Part shown: positions 1 through 9,097 of the stretch, one piece after another
Layout of the letters: every line of letters starts with the position of its first letter
How positions within the stretch are numbered: position 1 is the stretch's first letter
Virus record (IMG/VR): IMGVR_UViG_3300012926_000006
Location: 1-56,547 of that record
DNA from: a virus
Taxonomy: Duplodnaviria > Caudoviricetes
DNA length: 56,547 nucleotides
Reading direction: 5' to 3' (one strand)
Notes under the pieces: generated by a model
The model's input: only the letters and a program-made list of their open reading frames with translations
Database searches by the model: none
What the model was told of the DNA's origin: nothing
Program-made: the position numbers and the translations under genes

Positions 1-276
1 GACGATGTTGTTTGCGTCTAATTGTGCGGCTCTCATATTTACCACCAATAAATAATAGCTATACCAGCGCCACCAGCGCCGCCAGTTCCACCGGTTGCAG
101 TACCATTTCCACCACCACCACCACCACCGCCACCTAGACCACCAGCACCACCAGCACCACCATTACCGGCAGTACCGTAACCACCACCACCACCGCCAGA
201 AGCGCCAAAAATGGAAGTTGCAGCAGAACCAGCAGTTCCAGCGGTTCCAGTTGCAGCAGTTGTGCCGCCAGCGCCA
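1..276. repeat. Terminal direct repeat, left copy (circular overlap with 56272-56547)
   Basis: Direct comparison: 1-103 identical, mismatches at 104,123,126,132,150,195,221,224,228. Confidence 0.95.
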
Positions 277-1001
277 CCACTACCTAATACTGTTTGCCCT
301 GCAACACCGCCAGTCCCACCGACGATTGCAGATACACCACCAGCACCGCCGCCGCCACTACCATACAAAGAACCAGCGCCATTTTGTTGTAAAGCACCCT
401 GTCCATTAATCGTTGAACCACCACCACCACCACCATATTCAGCAGTACCAGCAAAGTTACTACCGCCAGAACTATTTGAACCACCACCACCACCACCACC
501 GGATACATTATTAGGTGCGGTAAGTCCTGTGACGGCTCCTGTGGCTTGAGCGCTTGGTAGCCCTCCTGTCTGAGTTTGAGATAATCCACCAGAACCGATG
601 CCACCACCCCCACCGCCAATGCTAGTAGCTGCAACACCACTATTCCCGCCAAAAGCTGATAAGAAAGTTCCAAAAGAAGTAGTACCGCCACCAGTTCCGG
701 GGTTAGCGCTTGCAGCACCTACGCCGACACCACCAGTACCACCAGCGCCTATAGTTACGGTTTGAGGGGCAGTAATAAGACCAGCCGGGATGATTTGAAA
801 ATTCCGTGAACCACCACCAGCGCCTGCGCCGCCGCTTGTAGTGCTTTGAACTCCACCAGCACCGCCAGCACCACCGCCCCGCAATAACACCGCATAAAAG
901 TTCGCATTGGCTTGAGGGATGAAAGTCCCGCTTTGGGTAAAGGTTTGAGAACCTAGAACGGGAGCCGGGACAAGAGGAAAACCATATAGACCGAAGTTCA
1001 T
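39..1001 (-). CDS. Glycine-rich tail-fibre tip/adhesin (polyglycine-II type)
   Basis: Long GGGGG/GGAG tracts, N-terminal TFTQSGTF and C-terminal aromatic end (IIYWW); end of tail module. Confidence 0.75.
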   Translation of the reverse strand: MNFGLYGFPLVPAPVLGSQTFTQSGTFIPQANANFYAVLLRGGGAGGAGGVQSTTSGGAGAGGGSRNFQIIPAGLITAPQTVTIGAGGTGGVGVGAASANPGTGGGTTSFGTFLSAFGGNSGVAATSIGGGGGGIGSGGLSQTQTGGLPSAQATGAVTGLTAPNNVSGGGGGGGSNSSGGSNFAGTAEYGGGGGGSTINGQGALQQNGAGSLYGSGGGGAGGVSAIVGGTGGVAGQTVLGSGGAGGTTAATGTAGTAGSAATSIFGASGGGGGGYGTAGNGGAGGAGGLGGGGGGGGGNGTATGGTGGAGGAGIAIIYWW

Positions 1002-1663
1002 ACCAGATCGCCCGATGTACCAGCAATCACATAATAAGTTTCAGCATTATTCGTACTAGCGCGTAAGCTGTAACCCGCCTGAAGTACCAAAGGCATATAG
1101 CCGATATCCGCACCGGAAGCCGTCGATAAGGTCACCGAAAAGGCCGCAACGGTCGTAGATGGAACGACTACAGGCACGATCAATTCACGCCATAGACGTG
1201 TTACTGGGGTTGCTGGCGTAGTTGAATAATTACCGATGGTAGAGGCTGCTAAAACCGTTGGCGTAGTCGCCATCGTGTATTGAAAGGTACTAGCGCCTGT
1301 CACGGTAAGGGATACGCCTGTGACGTTATAGTCATTTGGAAATGCAAATTGCAACGTAAGCAAATTACCGGTAGTCAAACCATGCGGCGCGGCAGTCGTA
1401 ACCGTCGCAGTAGTCGCGGAACCCGTAATACTGCTGATTGTTTGGCCTGGAAGGCCCTGAGTAATAAACAGACGTACAACGTTAGCGGTAGTCGTGCCGC
1501 CTGCTTGAATCTGTAGCCTGTCAATCCTGGTTCCATCGGCAGCAGTAGCAGGAGCCGTAACAACAACGCCTAATGTCCCGGTCCCATCTCGCCCAGTATT
1601 GGCAGCGGAGATAGTGACCATTCCATTACGCGGAATGCTTGCATATTGTGCTGATGTAGACAT
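998..1663 (-). CDS. Tail-associated protein with inserted FCCH-like beta-barrel
   Basis: Thr-rich; internal TISSIT..ATVTTAAPHGLTTG..YNVT..TFQY segment typical of phage virion FCCH-like domains; coupled to the adhesin gene. Confidence 0.55.
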   Translation of the reverse strand: MSTSAQYASIPRNGMVTISAANTGRDGTGTLGVVVTAPATAADGTRIDRLQIQAGGTTTANVVRLFITQGLPGQTISSITGSATTATVTTAAPHGLTTGNLLTLQFAFPNDYNVTGVSLTVTGASTFQYTMATTPTVLAASTIGNYSTTPATPVTRLWRELIVPVVVPSTTVAAFSVTLSTASGADIGYMPLVLQAGYSLRASTNNAETYYVIAGTSGDLV

Positions 1664-2256
1664 TAAAATACTCCTTGCGCGAACAATAGGAAATCAGGGA
1701 TAGGGGTAAGCGTGATGTTCGGAAAACCGAACGGAATGGTTAAAGTCACCGTTGTATTCGTCGGAATTTGTGACGCGTCGAATGCAATTCTTTTGGTCGT
1801 ATCGGTAGAATCAGCAAACCTGATCGTGCCAGTTCGTAATAGATTTGACCAAGACGCAATGACGCCATTATTCGTAATAAAGAAGTTCGCTACCGCTGGT
1901 GATATTGCTGGTAATGCAGCAGAAAAAGCTGTTGCTATGACAAAGGCTGTTGTTGCCAGTGTGGTGTTATTCGTGCCCGGAGGCTGAGTTACGCCGGTAC
2001 TAGTGGCGTCAATCGTGGAACCAATAATACTGCCATTGGTAAATGTGGACCCGCTGATGGTTGCGCCGGTAATAGTCAAACCTGGAGCAATAGAAATTAG
2101 CGCGGTCAGTGACGTAATATCGCTATTAACGCCGTTTTTCGCCGCATTGGCGTCTACTTGACTTGCGATGTAGTTCAGGTCTGTCATGACCTGACCACCA
2201 TCGGCTACATTGCCATTAATAAGCTGAATCGGAAGCGGAAGCGCAACGATTGCCAT
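1663..2256 (-). CDS. Tail fibre proximal/anchor protein
   Basis: NG..AD..QVM.DL N-terminus, TQPPGTNNTTLATTAFV fibre motif, position. Confidence 0.65.
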   Translation of the reverse strand: MAIVALPLPIQLINGNVADGGQVMTDLNYIASQVDANAAKNGVNSDITSLTALISIAPGLTITGATISGSTFTNGSIIGSTIDATSTGVTQPPGTNNTTLATTAFVIATAFSAALPAISPAVANFFITNNGVIASWSNLLRTGTIRFADSTDTTKRIAFDASQIPTNTTVTLTIPFGFPNITLTPIPDFLLFAQGVF

Positions 2257-2269
2257 ATTGTTTACCCAT

Positions 2270-2292
2270 AAAAAAACCCGCCGAAGCGGGTT
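2270..2292 (-). terminator. Rho-independent terminator after the ATP-grasp gene
   Basis: AACCCGC-UUCG-GCGGGUU stem plus U tract on minus strand. Confidence 0.85.
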
Positions 2293-2298
2293 AGTTGT

Positions 2299-3606
2299 TT
2301 AGTAGGTTATCGTCTTGCAGTAACCCATTTTTTGAAGTTCCGGCAATTCCTTTTTCAGCCGATGACCGATATCGGTTCGATAGCCTGGGCTATTCGGTAT
2401 CTCTACAGATTTTATGACTTCATAGGCTTTTTTAGACGATGCTGATACCGTATTGGCGACACCGGTAGCAACATAAAGATATGTCCCAGCACTAACCCAT
2501 GTCGGCAAATCGATTACTTTGTTTCCGACTACGTTAGGTGCAATGCCGCCTTTGATTTGATACGGATGAATATTAGCGTTTTGATCGCAGTAGATCGGCA
2601 CACCAACGACTTTAGAAGCATCGAATTTATCGTAAGGAAAATCTGGAATCGTTACCGATACACCAGTACAAACACCTTTCTTAACCGTTAGTGTGTCAGC
2701 CCCATTCAATAAATCAGCCATCCATTCGGCGGGGTCGCCTTCATGCAGTGCACTGATAATTTGGAAGTGCGGCCATCCTGGACGGGCAGTGAATTCCAAA
2801 GGTAGCGGATTGCCTTCTGCATCGATGATGACAGACACATCGATATAGCCGGTATAACCGATACTCATTAAGTAATCTGTGACGGGATACAGAACCTTTT
2901 TTGCCAACTTATCATTGTGCGGAACATAGGCAATTACGGTTCCCATTTCGCCAGTGTTGACGCCCAAATCATCATTCATCAATTTCTTATGTTCAAAATT
3001 AATATTGATGCATTCACTAAAACCGAATTTACCAAACCACCCGCCTACGGCAACCTCTATTCCAGGCGTAAATTCCTGGAGAATAAATTCTTTCTTGATG
3101 CTCCCGTTTTTCTTCCATCGTTGCAGCATGTAAATCATGTCGGCAGGCGACTTAGAAACGTAACTCATGGCCTTATCCGCATCGTCATTAGGCTTGCTGA
3201 CATAACGTTTCATGGTCTTGCGTACATATGTCTCTGCGTCAGTCGGTGACCTGAAAGTTTTGTACTCCATGATTTTTACCCCGGCATCCTTAAGGATTTT
3301 CTGGCCTACCGGGCGGTTTAATTCCAATTCTGCACCGGCTGAATTACAGCCAAATATCGGATAACCAAGCTTTCGAAAAGGCTCCATCGGAACCATGAAT
3401 TTATCATTGTCGCTTAAACAGATAAGATCGCCCCATCCCATCCATTGACGCCAATCCTTAATCCGTTCAACTAGTCCATCACCGATAGGGATACGGTCCC
3501 CTTTTTTATCTGGAGTGATATACCATTTCACTTGATGTCCGGCATGCAGACATTGCAGCGCAAAATCTAAGAAATGTCCGCCACTGTCGATTAATAAAAT
3601 TCTCAT
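2299..3606 (-). CDS. PurD-like (phosphoribosylamine-glycine ligase-like) ATP-grasp amide ligase
   Basis: AELELNR, VSKP, ILQEF..GIEVAV, FEHKKL..GVNTGEMGT, LEFTARPGWP and YRTDIG align with PurD motifs; canonical GxGGRE is absent. Confidence 0.8.
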   Translation of the reverse strand: MRILLIDSGGHFLDFALQCLHAGHQVKWYITPDKKGDRIPIGDGLVERIKDWRQWMGWGDLICLSDNDKFMVPMEPFRKLGYPIFGCNSAGAELELNRPVGQKILKDAGVKIMEYKTFRSPTDAETYVRKTMKRYVSKPNDDADKAMSYVSKSPADMIYMLQRWKKNGSIKKEFILQEFTPGIEVAVGGWFGKFGFSECININFEHKKLMNDDLGVNTGEMGTVIAYVPHNDKLAKKVLYPVTDYLMSIGYTGYIDVSVIIDAEGNPLPLEFTARPGWPHFQIISALHEGDPAEWMADLLNGADTLTVKKGVCTGVSVTIPDFPYDKFDASKVVGVPIYCDQNANIHPYQIKGGIAPNVVGNKVIDLPTWVSAGTYLYVATGVANTVSASSKKAYEVIKSVEIPNSPGYRTDIGHRLKKELPELQKMGYCKTITY

Positions 3607-5216
3607 GGTGTCTTAGGAGGTTTCGGAATCAACATCTGACCGAATCTGTTATATAGATTTGCTGCGCCATAAACACCAGCCGTTGCCAATGGGTTTGCAT
3701 AGCCTGCACCACCCAAAAGACCATAAGCAAGATTTCTTTCGGCAGTTCCTGACGACGCAGGTTCTTTAATCAACTGACCGATACGCGCCAAATCACCCAT
3801 TTCACCGGCTGCACCTTGCGCCATTCTGGATTTACCAGCTTTGTCCGCAGTCACACGCGCCATTAATGAGGGTCCGCTTATATCGCCGGTCGTGGTTTTG
3901 GCAACTAAAGGTTCTATCGTCTTGGCTTTAGCGTATTGAGTCCTAGCGGTATTCCATGCGGCTAAGTCTTCTTTAGGAATGCTTTTACCCAACGCGTCAT
4001 GCATGATTTCCTGAAGATCGCCCAAAGCATTTTTTAGATCGCCGTTGCTGGTCGCACGCATTTGACGTCCTAGTTTGCTGTTGATCTTTTTAAAGGCTGT
4101 GCCGTCAATGGTGCCGTTTTCTGTCTTGTCTTTGATTTCCTTGACGTAGCTATTCACAATATTTCTAACGTCCTTGGTTTCAAAGCTTTTCGCTTGTTTG
4201 GCGAAATCTTTAAGCTGTGTTTCGACGGCAGCATCTACGTTCACTCCGTACTGTTCGCCAATCCGGCCAATTTCCTTACCTGATTTTTGAATCGCATTGC
4301 CAAAGACATCGGAGGTTAATTTCTTGGCGTTAGGGTCGCCACCGATTTGTTTAATCAGAGCTTTATTAAAGGCTTCTTGACGTGCTTCTGTCTTCGCACC
4401 AGACAAAGGGACTTTTTCCAAAGCCTCGCCCATCATTTTTACGATTTTGTTATTGCTCAGCATGTCGGGACGTACTTCAATGCCGTAATCCTGTGCCTTT
4501 TGTGCCAGTTGCAAAGCCTCTTTGCTATACGCGCTAGAGGCAAGTTTATTCACACCACGGCCAATTAATCCGGCTTCGGGGCTTTCCGCAATCGCCGTCT
4601 TTGCCTTGCTTGCCAGTTCACCGGTTTTTTCCAAAGCACTACCGGCCTTTGCCGCCAAAATAGGCTTTGCGGCTTTAGTTGCCTGACCCAAAGCGCCTAA
4701 CTCTCCACCCAAACCGCCTAGTCCTTCCAAGCCAGCGGCCTTAAAGAAATCCCCTAAAGCACCGGTCATCGCTTTCCCTGATTCAGTCTTAGGGGTATAG
4801 GTCATACTTTGGGCAAGTTCAGAACCTTTTTTCTCAGCTTCTTTCGTTCCTGCCTGGGTTCCGTATTTACCACCTGTCAGACCTTCATACACGCCCCTAG
4901 CGGCTCCGACTGGACCGGCTACAGCACTACTACCCAAACTAAGCGCGGTCTCACCAGCGCCTTTTAAAACGTCCGTGACGCCGCCTAACTTAGGTGCTGG
5001 GGCTTGCGGTTGCGGAGTAGATGCAAGTCCTGGACGGTTATCCTTTGGAATTTGTCCAGCCAAAGACTGATAACTCGGGTCCATTGGATTGGTAGACGGC
5101 TTGGCATTGCCTAATTGCTGTTGGAGAATACCAAAGGCTTGCTCCTGGGTCGCTCCGTCTGGTCCCTGAATTTCGTAGTTCTTTCCGTCAGGAGAAGTAA
5201 AAGTAAATTTAGGCAT
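3603..5216 (-). CDS. Putative DNA ejection (internal virion) protein
   Basis: Ala/Gly/Lys-rich helical protein, N-terminal PDGKNYEIQGPDGAT motif, third gene of the ejection trio. Confidence 0.6.
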   Translation of the reverse strand: MPKFTFTSPDGKNYEIQGPDGATQEQAFGILQQQLGNAKPSTNPMDPSYQSLAGQIPKDNRPGLASTPQPQAPAPKLGGVTDVLKGAGETALSLGSSAVAGPVGAARGVYEGLTGGKYGTQAGTKEAEKKGSELAQSMTYTPKTESGKAMTGALGDFFKAAGLEGLGGLGGELGALGQATKAAKPILAAKAGSALEKTGELASKAKTAIAESPEAGLIGRGVNKLASSAYSKEALQLAQKAQDYGIEVRPDMLSNNKIVKMMGEALEKVPLSGAKTEARQEAFNKALIKQIGGDPNAKKLTSDVFGNAIQKSGKEIGRIGEQYGVNVDAAVETQLKDFAKQAKSFETKDVRNIVNSYVKEIKDKTENGTIDGTAFKKINSKLGRQMRATSNGDLKNALGDLQEIMHDALGKSIPKEDLAAWNTARTQYAKAKTIEPLVAKTTTGDISGPSLMARVTADKAGKSRMAQGAAGEMGDLARIGQLIKEPASSGTAERNLAYGLLGGAGYANPLATAGVYGAANLYNRFGQMLIPKPPKTP

Positions 5217-6793
5217 TAGTTGACCTTAACAGTCCATCCAGTAGGCAACGCTGGTGCGTTTGCTGGTACACCTGATTTTTCTTTTTTGAAAGAATCATTA
5301 ATGTCGGTAAGGATGTCCTTACGGGTTGTCGCCAAAGCTTTCTTGGCATTGCCCATAATCCTTTGCATACCGGCTAATGCGGCTTCCATCTGCTGCGCGG
5401 TTCTGGCATTTTCATAGTTATGTTTGGCCTGTGCCACGTCAGAAACGTTCAGTGTTCCAGGATTGCCAGTAATGATGCCTTGGAACTCGTTAAATACTGT
5501 TTCCGCTGCTTGGTCCAAAGTAGTAACCCGTGGGTCGCCCAAGCGCCTTAACCCGGCAATACCAGCTTTCTGGAAATCTGGCAGACTAGAAAGGTCTAGC
5601 GCCTTCATCGCATCTTTCATCACTGGAATTTCTGAAAGAATCTGATTTTCAGCGCGTTCCATATTTTGAGCGCGCACCTCAAACTTACTTTTTGCTGCAA
5701 GTTTGGTTTTAACATCCGCAGAGGCAGAAGTTAATTCCTGTACGCTCATGTTGTTTTCTTTGGCGATTTCAGAGACTTTTTTCATTGTTGCTGCATACAT
5801 GCCTCCCCTGGCCGGTGGATTTTGTCCCTTCAGGAGATAATTCCATGCCGCTGCTTCGGTAGCTCCTTCGTCCGCATTTTTCCCGCTGCTAGTTCCTGCA
5901 TCCGCCGCCCTTGTATTGGCATTCTGTTGAGCAATCCCAGCCATAACAGTACCGATTAAACGCCGTGTATCATTTGCCGCTGCTTGTGCTTCCCGACGTT
6001 CATCTACCGAATAGCGACGGTCTTCAGAAGCGACTTTCAACGCATCGTATTTTTCCTGCAAAGTAGATACTTTATTTTGTTGGTCCAATTGTTGTTTCAA
6101 TTGTGCCGCTTCCATCCTGGCTTGATTATTCAAGTAAGGGCTAAGCTTTTCCAGAATCTGCAAACCCGCCGCAGGGTCAGTAATACCTCTCGCTTTAATA
6201 AACTGGGCAGCATCTTGCAAACTCATTGAATTAGGCGGAGGTGCAGCCGGTTGCGGAGGCGGCGGAATGCCTTGTGGTCCTTGTTGTGGACGTGGAGCAC
6301 CGCCAACAGTTTGATAAGGCGGAATAGGAGGTTGCCCCTGTGGTTGTCCTGGAGGCGGCATTCTTTGCGGTGGAGGTCCAGGCTGACCTGTTGGAGGTCC
6401 ACCCGCGCCCTGTGGCGGTCCTGGAGGCGGAGGCATACCACCACCCGGAGGAACGCCCGGCCCCATTTGCCTTTGCTGTGGATAGGGCATAGTAGGCTGT
6501 TGCATAGGAACCGATTGCTGACCCGGTGCCGGTGCCTGCGCGCCGTTCGGCATTCCTGTTTGCGGAGGCGGCGCAATGGCTTGAGCACCGGCCAAATAAT
6601 CCAACGTGGTTTGATCTATGGTCGGTTGCTGTTCGCGCTGCTTTTTGGCTTGGGCGGTCAAGTCCTTTAATTCTGACAATCGCTGTCTGTCCGCTTCAAG
6701 CCGCACTTTGGCCGCGTCAGTCTGGTCCTGCCATGTTTGATACTCCTGTTGCCCACGAAACGCCGCGCCTAGATTACCTAGAAAGTTTGCCAT
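5216..6793 (-). CDS. Putative DNA ejection protein with Pro/Gln-rich linker
   Basis: Gene order, low-complexity PQG region, C-terminal LPTGWTVKV. Confidence 0.55.
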   Translation of the reverse strand: MANFLGNLGAAFRGQQEYQTWQDQTDAAKVRLEADRQRLSELKDLTAQAKKQREQQPTIDQTTLDYLAGAQAIAPPPQTGMPNGAQAPAPGQQSVPMQQPTMPYPQQRQMGPGVPPGGGMPPPPGPPQGAGGPPTGQPGPPPQRMPPPGQPQGQPPIPPYQTVGGAPRPQQGPQGIPPPPQPAAPPPNSMSLQDAAQFIKARGITDPAAGLQILEKLSPYLNNQARMEAAQLKQQLDQQNKVSTLQEKYDALKVASEDRRYSVDERREAQAAANDTRRLIGTVMAGIAQQNANTRAADAGTSSGKNADEGATEAAAWNYLLKGQNPPARGGMYAATMKKVSEIAKENNMSVQELTSASADVKTKLAAKSKFEVRAQNMERAENQILSEIPVMKDAMKALDLSSLPDFQKAGIAGLRRLGDPRVTTLDQAAETVFNEFQGIITGNPGTLNVSDVAQAKHNYENARTAQQMEAALAGMQRIMGNAKKALATTRKDILTDINDSFKKEKSGVPANAPALPTGWTVKVN

Positions 6794-6796
6794 GTC

Positions 6797-8143
6797 TTAC
6801 CCTGTATAGCCGAAGTCAGACCAATCATTACCGGAACTGCCAGCACCGTAACCAGAAGAATAACCGGTGGACCCACCGCCACCGCTAAATACGTTGCCCC
6901 AGTTTGTATTGCCAATAGCTTTGCCTACAGGTCCAGCAATGGAACCAATGGCGTTTTGGGTCTGCTGATTGTTATAGGCATTTTGATTGAAGCCTAGATT
7001 CTGTGCACCCTGACCAAAATTCATGTATCCCAAGTCATTGGACTGCAATTGATTCAAGCCGGTCAGATATTGGTTCTGCGAATTTTGATAGTTATTGAGC
7101 GCATTTTGCTGATTCTGGTATATCTGTTGTTGTGGTTGATATTGCGCTTGGCCTGCTTGGGAAATTTGCTGACCAGCGGCGGAACCTAATTGACTTGCGC
7201 CTGCATATTGTTGACCTATCGCATTTGCGTAACCCATTTGGCTTTGCTGTTGTGCTTCTAACGCGCTGTTATATTGATTTGTCGCAGCACCTGTAGCGCC
7301 TGCATATGTTCCAACTTGACCGGCCTGTAAGCCTGCCTGATTTTGCGTGTAAGAATTCCCCAAGCCCTGAGCCGAACCATAAGCGCCTTGCGCAGCCTGT
7401 AGTCCCTGAGTCTGACGGGCTAACTGTTGATTTTGCCAGTCGATATTGAAATTACTATTCGCGTTCGATTCAATCGCCGCGCCATAAGGACTTGATTGAA
7501 TCCCCCTTGCGTATTCGCCTGCCCTGGTCTGGTCGGTTAATTGCTGCTGAGTCCGGTTATATAAGGCATTCTGTGGGTCTTGGGAAGTCTGCAATACCTG
7601 ATTGCCAGCGCCATATAGATTACCTTGTGACTGTTGGATATTGCCTAATTGCCCCTTTTGGTAATCCATCAAACCCTGATAATTCTGATTCGACTGCCCG
7701 CCTAGACCATACAAAGTATTTGCGGAATTCTGTACATTTCCGAAATTCGCGTTATAGGCTGCGTTAGTCTGTCCGGCCTGTCCCTGTAATTGTTGCGCCT
7801 GACCCAGTAGCGCCTCTTGGCCGGCCAAGGAGCCTTTTCCGGCTTGGTCATATGCCTGACTGGACCATACGCCGTTATTCACTAAATTCTGGTTATAGGT
7901 GCTGTTACCCATTTGCCCTTGCAATAGCTGCTGAGCATATGGATTAGTTTGGTTATAGATGCCCTGATTAGTGCCCTCATATTGACCTTTGTTGTAGTTA
8001 AAGTTTTGGTCAACAGCGCCCAGATTTGTCGGCACATAAACAGGCGTTGAACTACCGCCAGACGTACCACCGCCACTAGAAGGCGCTAACGCGCTACCTA
8101 CCACAGAACTTGCTACGGCTCCCGCCACTGCGCCCCAAGGCAT
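6797..8143 (-). CDS. Putative DNA ejection/pilot protein, Gln/Asn/Gly-rich
   Basis: Hydrophobic MPWGAVAGAVASSVVG N-terminus like P22 gp7/T7 gp14-type proteins; first ejection slot. Confidence 0.6.
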   Translation of the reverse strand: MPWGAVAGAVASSVVGSALAPSSGGGTSGGSSTPVYVPTNLGAVDQNFNYNKGQYEGTNQGIYNQTNPYAQQLLQGQMGNSTYNQNLVNNGVWSSQAYDQAGKGSLAGQEALLGQAQQLQGQAGQTNAAYNANFGNVQNSANTLYGLGGQSNQNYQGLMDYQKGQLGNIQQSQGNLYGAGNQVLQTSQDPQNALYNRTQQQLTDQTRAGEYARGIQSSPYGAAIESNANSNFNIDWQNQQLARQTQGLQAAQGAYGSAQGLGNSYTQNQAGLQAGQVGTYAGATGAATNQYNSALEAQQQSQMGYANAIGQQYAGASQLGSAAGQQISQAGQAQYQPQQQIYQNQQNALNNYQNSQNQYLTGLNQLQSNDLGYMNFGQGAQNLGFNQNAYNNQQTQNAIGSIAGPVGKAIGNTNWGNVFSGGGGSTGYSSGYGAGSSGNDWSDFGYTG

Positions 8144-8158
8144 AATGATTTCTCCAAT

Positions 8159-8184
8159 AAAAAAAGCCGCTCGAAAGCGGCTTT
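8159..8184 (-). terminator. Rho-independent terminator after the cupin gene
   Basis: AAAGCCGCU-UUCG-AGCGGCUUU plus U tract. Confidence 0.8.
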
Positions 8185-8201
8185 AGTAAGCTTTAAAACT
8201 A

Positions 8202-8552
8202 TTAAGGAAAGGTTAGGTCATGTAAGTCATGCAGTTCAACCACTCCTGTTTCGCCTATATTGTGAATACACAAAACTAGCGTGTTATCTTCTGTCGTCTT
8301 GAACGTGTGTTTCCGATGTTTCTCAATAAATATCCCGCATGGTCCCTGAAACCAGCCTAGATATTCATCGTCTTTCCATGCGTGAACTGCACCGGTCGCA
8401 ATAAAACTTGTATGGTCGTCTTCGTGGGAATGCTGAGGAATGATGCAGCCAGCCTTTTTAAATAGACCTGACTTCAAAAAAACTTTATTTGCCAAATAGA
8501 ATTCCGTCGAATCCGGCTGTTCGCATTCCTGAAATACAGTGTCAAGTTTCAT
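8202..8552 (-). CDS. Cupin-domain protein
   Basis: PQHSHEDDH..G and IFIEKHRKHTF cupin metal motifs; ATGA-coupled to upstream hydroxylase. Confidence 0.8.
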   Translation of the reverse strand: MKLDTVFQECEQPDSTEFYLANKVFLKSGLFKKAGCIIPQHSHEDDHTSFIATGAVHAWKDDEYLGWFQGPCGIFIEKHRKHTFKTTEDNTLVLCIHNIGETGVVELHDLHDLTFP

Positions 8553-9097
8553 TCAACCCTCATGCAGATAATTAAAGTAATTCGGTCATCGTTGCCGTTG
8601 TTTTGCACTTCATGTTCAACGTGATTATTGAAGTACCAGCAATCACCGGTATTCATCACAACAATTTCGTTTTCACACCGGTTGTAACATTGCGAATTAG
8701 TTTGCAGTGGCACATACAACTTGCAGTTGTAGAAATCGGCATGCCAGTTTGAATCTATATGCGGTTCTATTTTTCCACTGGCAGGAATTTTAGTAATCAA
8801 GACCCCGCCTAAATGCGTCGCGCCCATCGTCGTCATTAGGCCAATAGCAAGACTCCTGATCATCGGCAAATCATTGATGACCGGATACCAGACCGGATAA
8901 TGCAATTCGTGAAAATCCGGCTGATGCATCTTTGCTTCGTCGTTGTACCGTACCCAAATATCCGACATTGCCAGATGCGGGGAATCTTGTATTTCCTTGC
9001 GTAGAGTCCGTTGATTCCATAATTCTGGTTTTTGTTTAAGCAGAAAATTAAGCGGTTCAACATTTATCCCACCGCAAACTTTCATGAAATTACGCAT
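8549..9097 (-). CDS. Aspartyl/asparaginyl beta-hydroxylase-like Fe(II)/2OG dioxygenase
   Basis: IEPHID (HxD), NHVEHEVQN (distal His), RITLI (2OG Arg); likely start ATG 9097 (MRNFMK). Confidence 0.85.
   Translation of the reverse strand: MRNFMKVCGGINVEPLNFLLKQKPELWNQRTLRKEIQDSPHLAMSDIWVRYNDEAKMHQPDFHELHYPVWYPVINDLPMIRSLAIGLMTTMGATHLGGVLITKIPASGKIEPHIDSNWHADFYNCKLYVPLQTNSQCYNRCENEIVVMNTGDCWYFNNHVEHEVQNNGNDDRITLIICMRVE

Noticed and set aside
95-549. His/Gln-rich and Pro-rich plus-strand ORFs
   Set aside because: Antisense shadows of the glycine codon runs in the adhesin gene
2299-3606. Ordinary purD auxiliary metabolic gene
   Set aside because: Substrate-loop motifs are altered, it lies in the structural operon and no other purine genes are present, so no gene symbol was assigned
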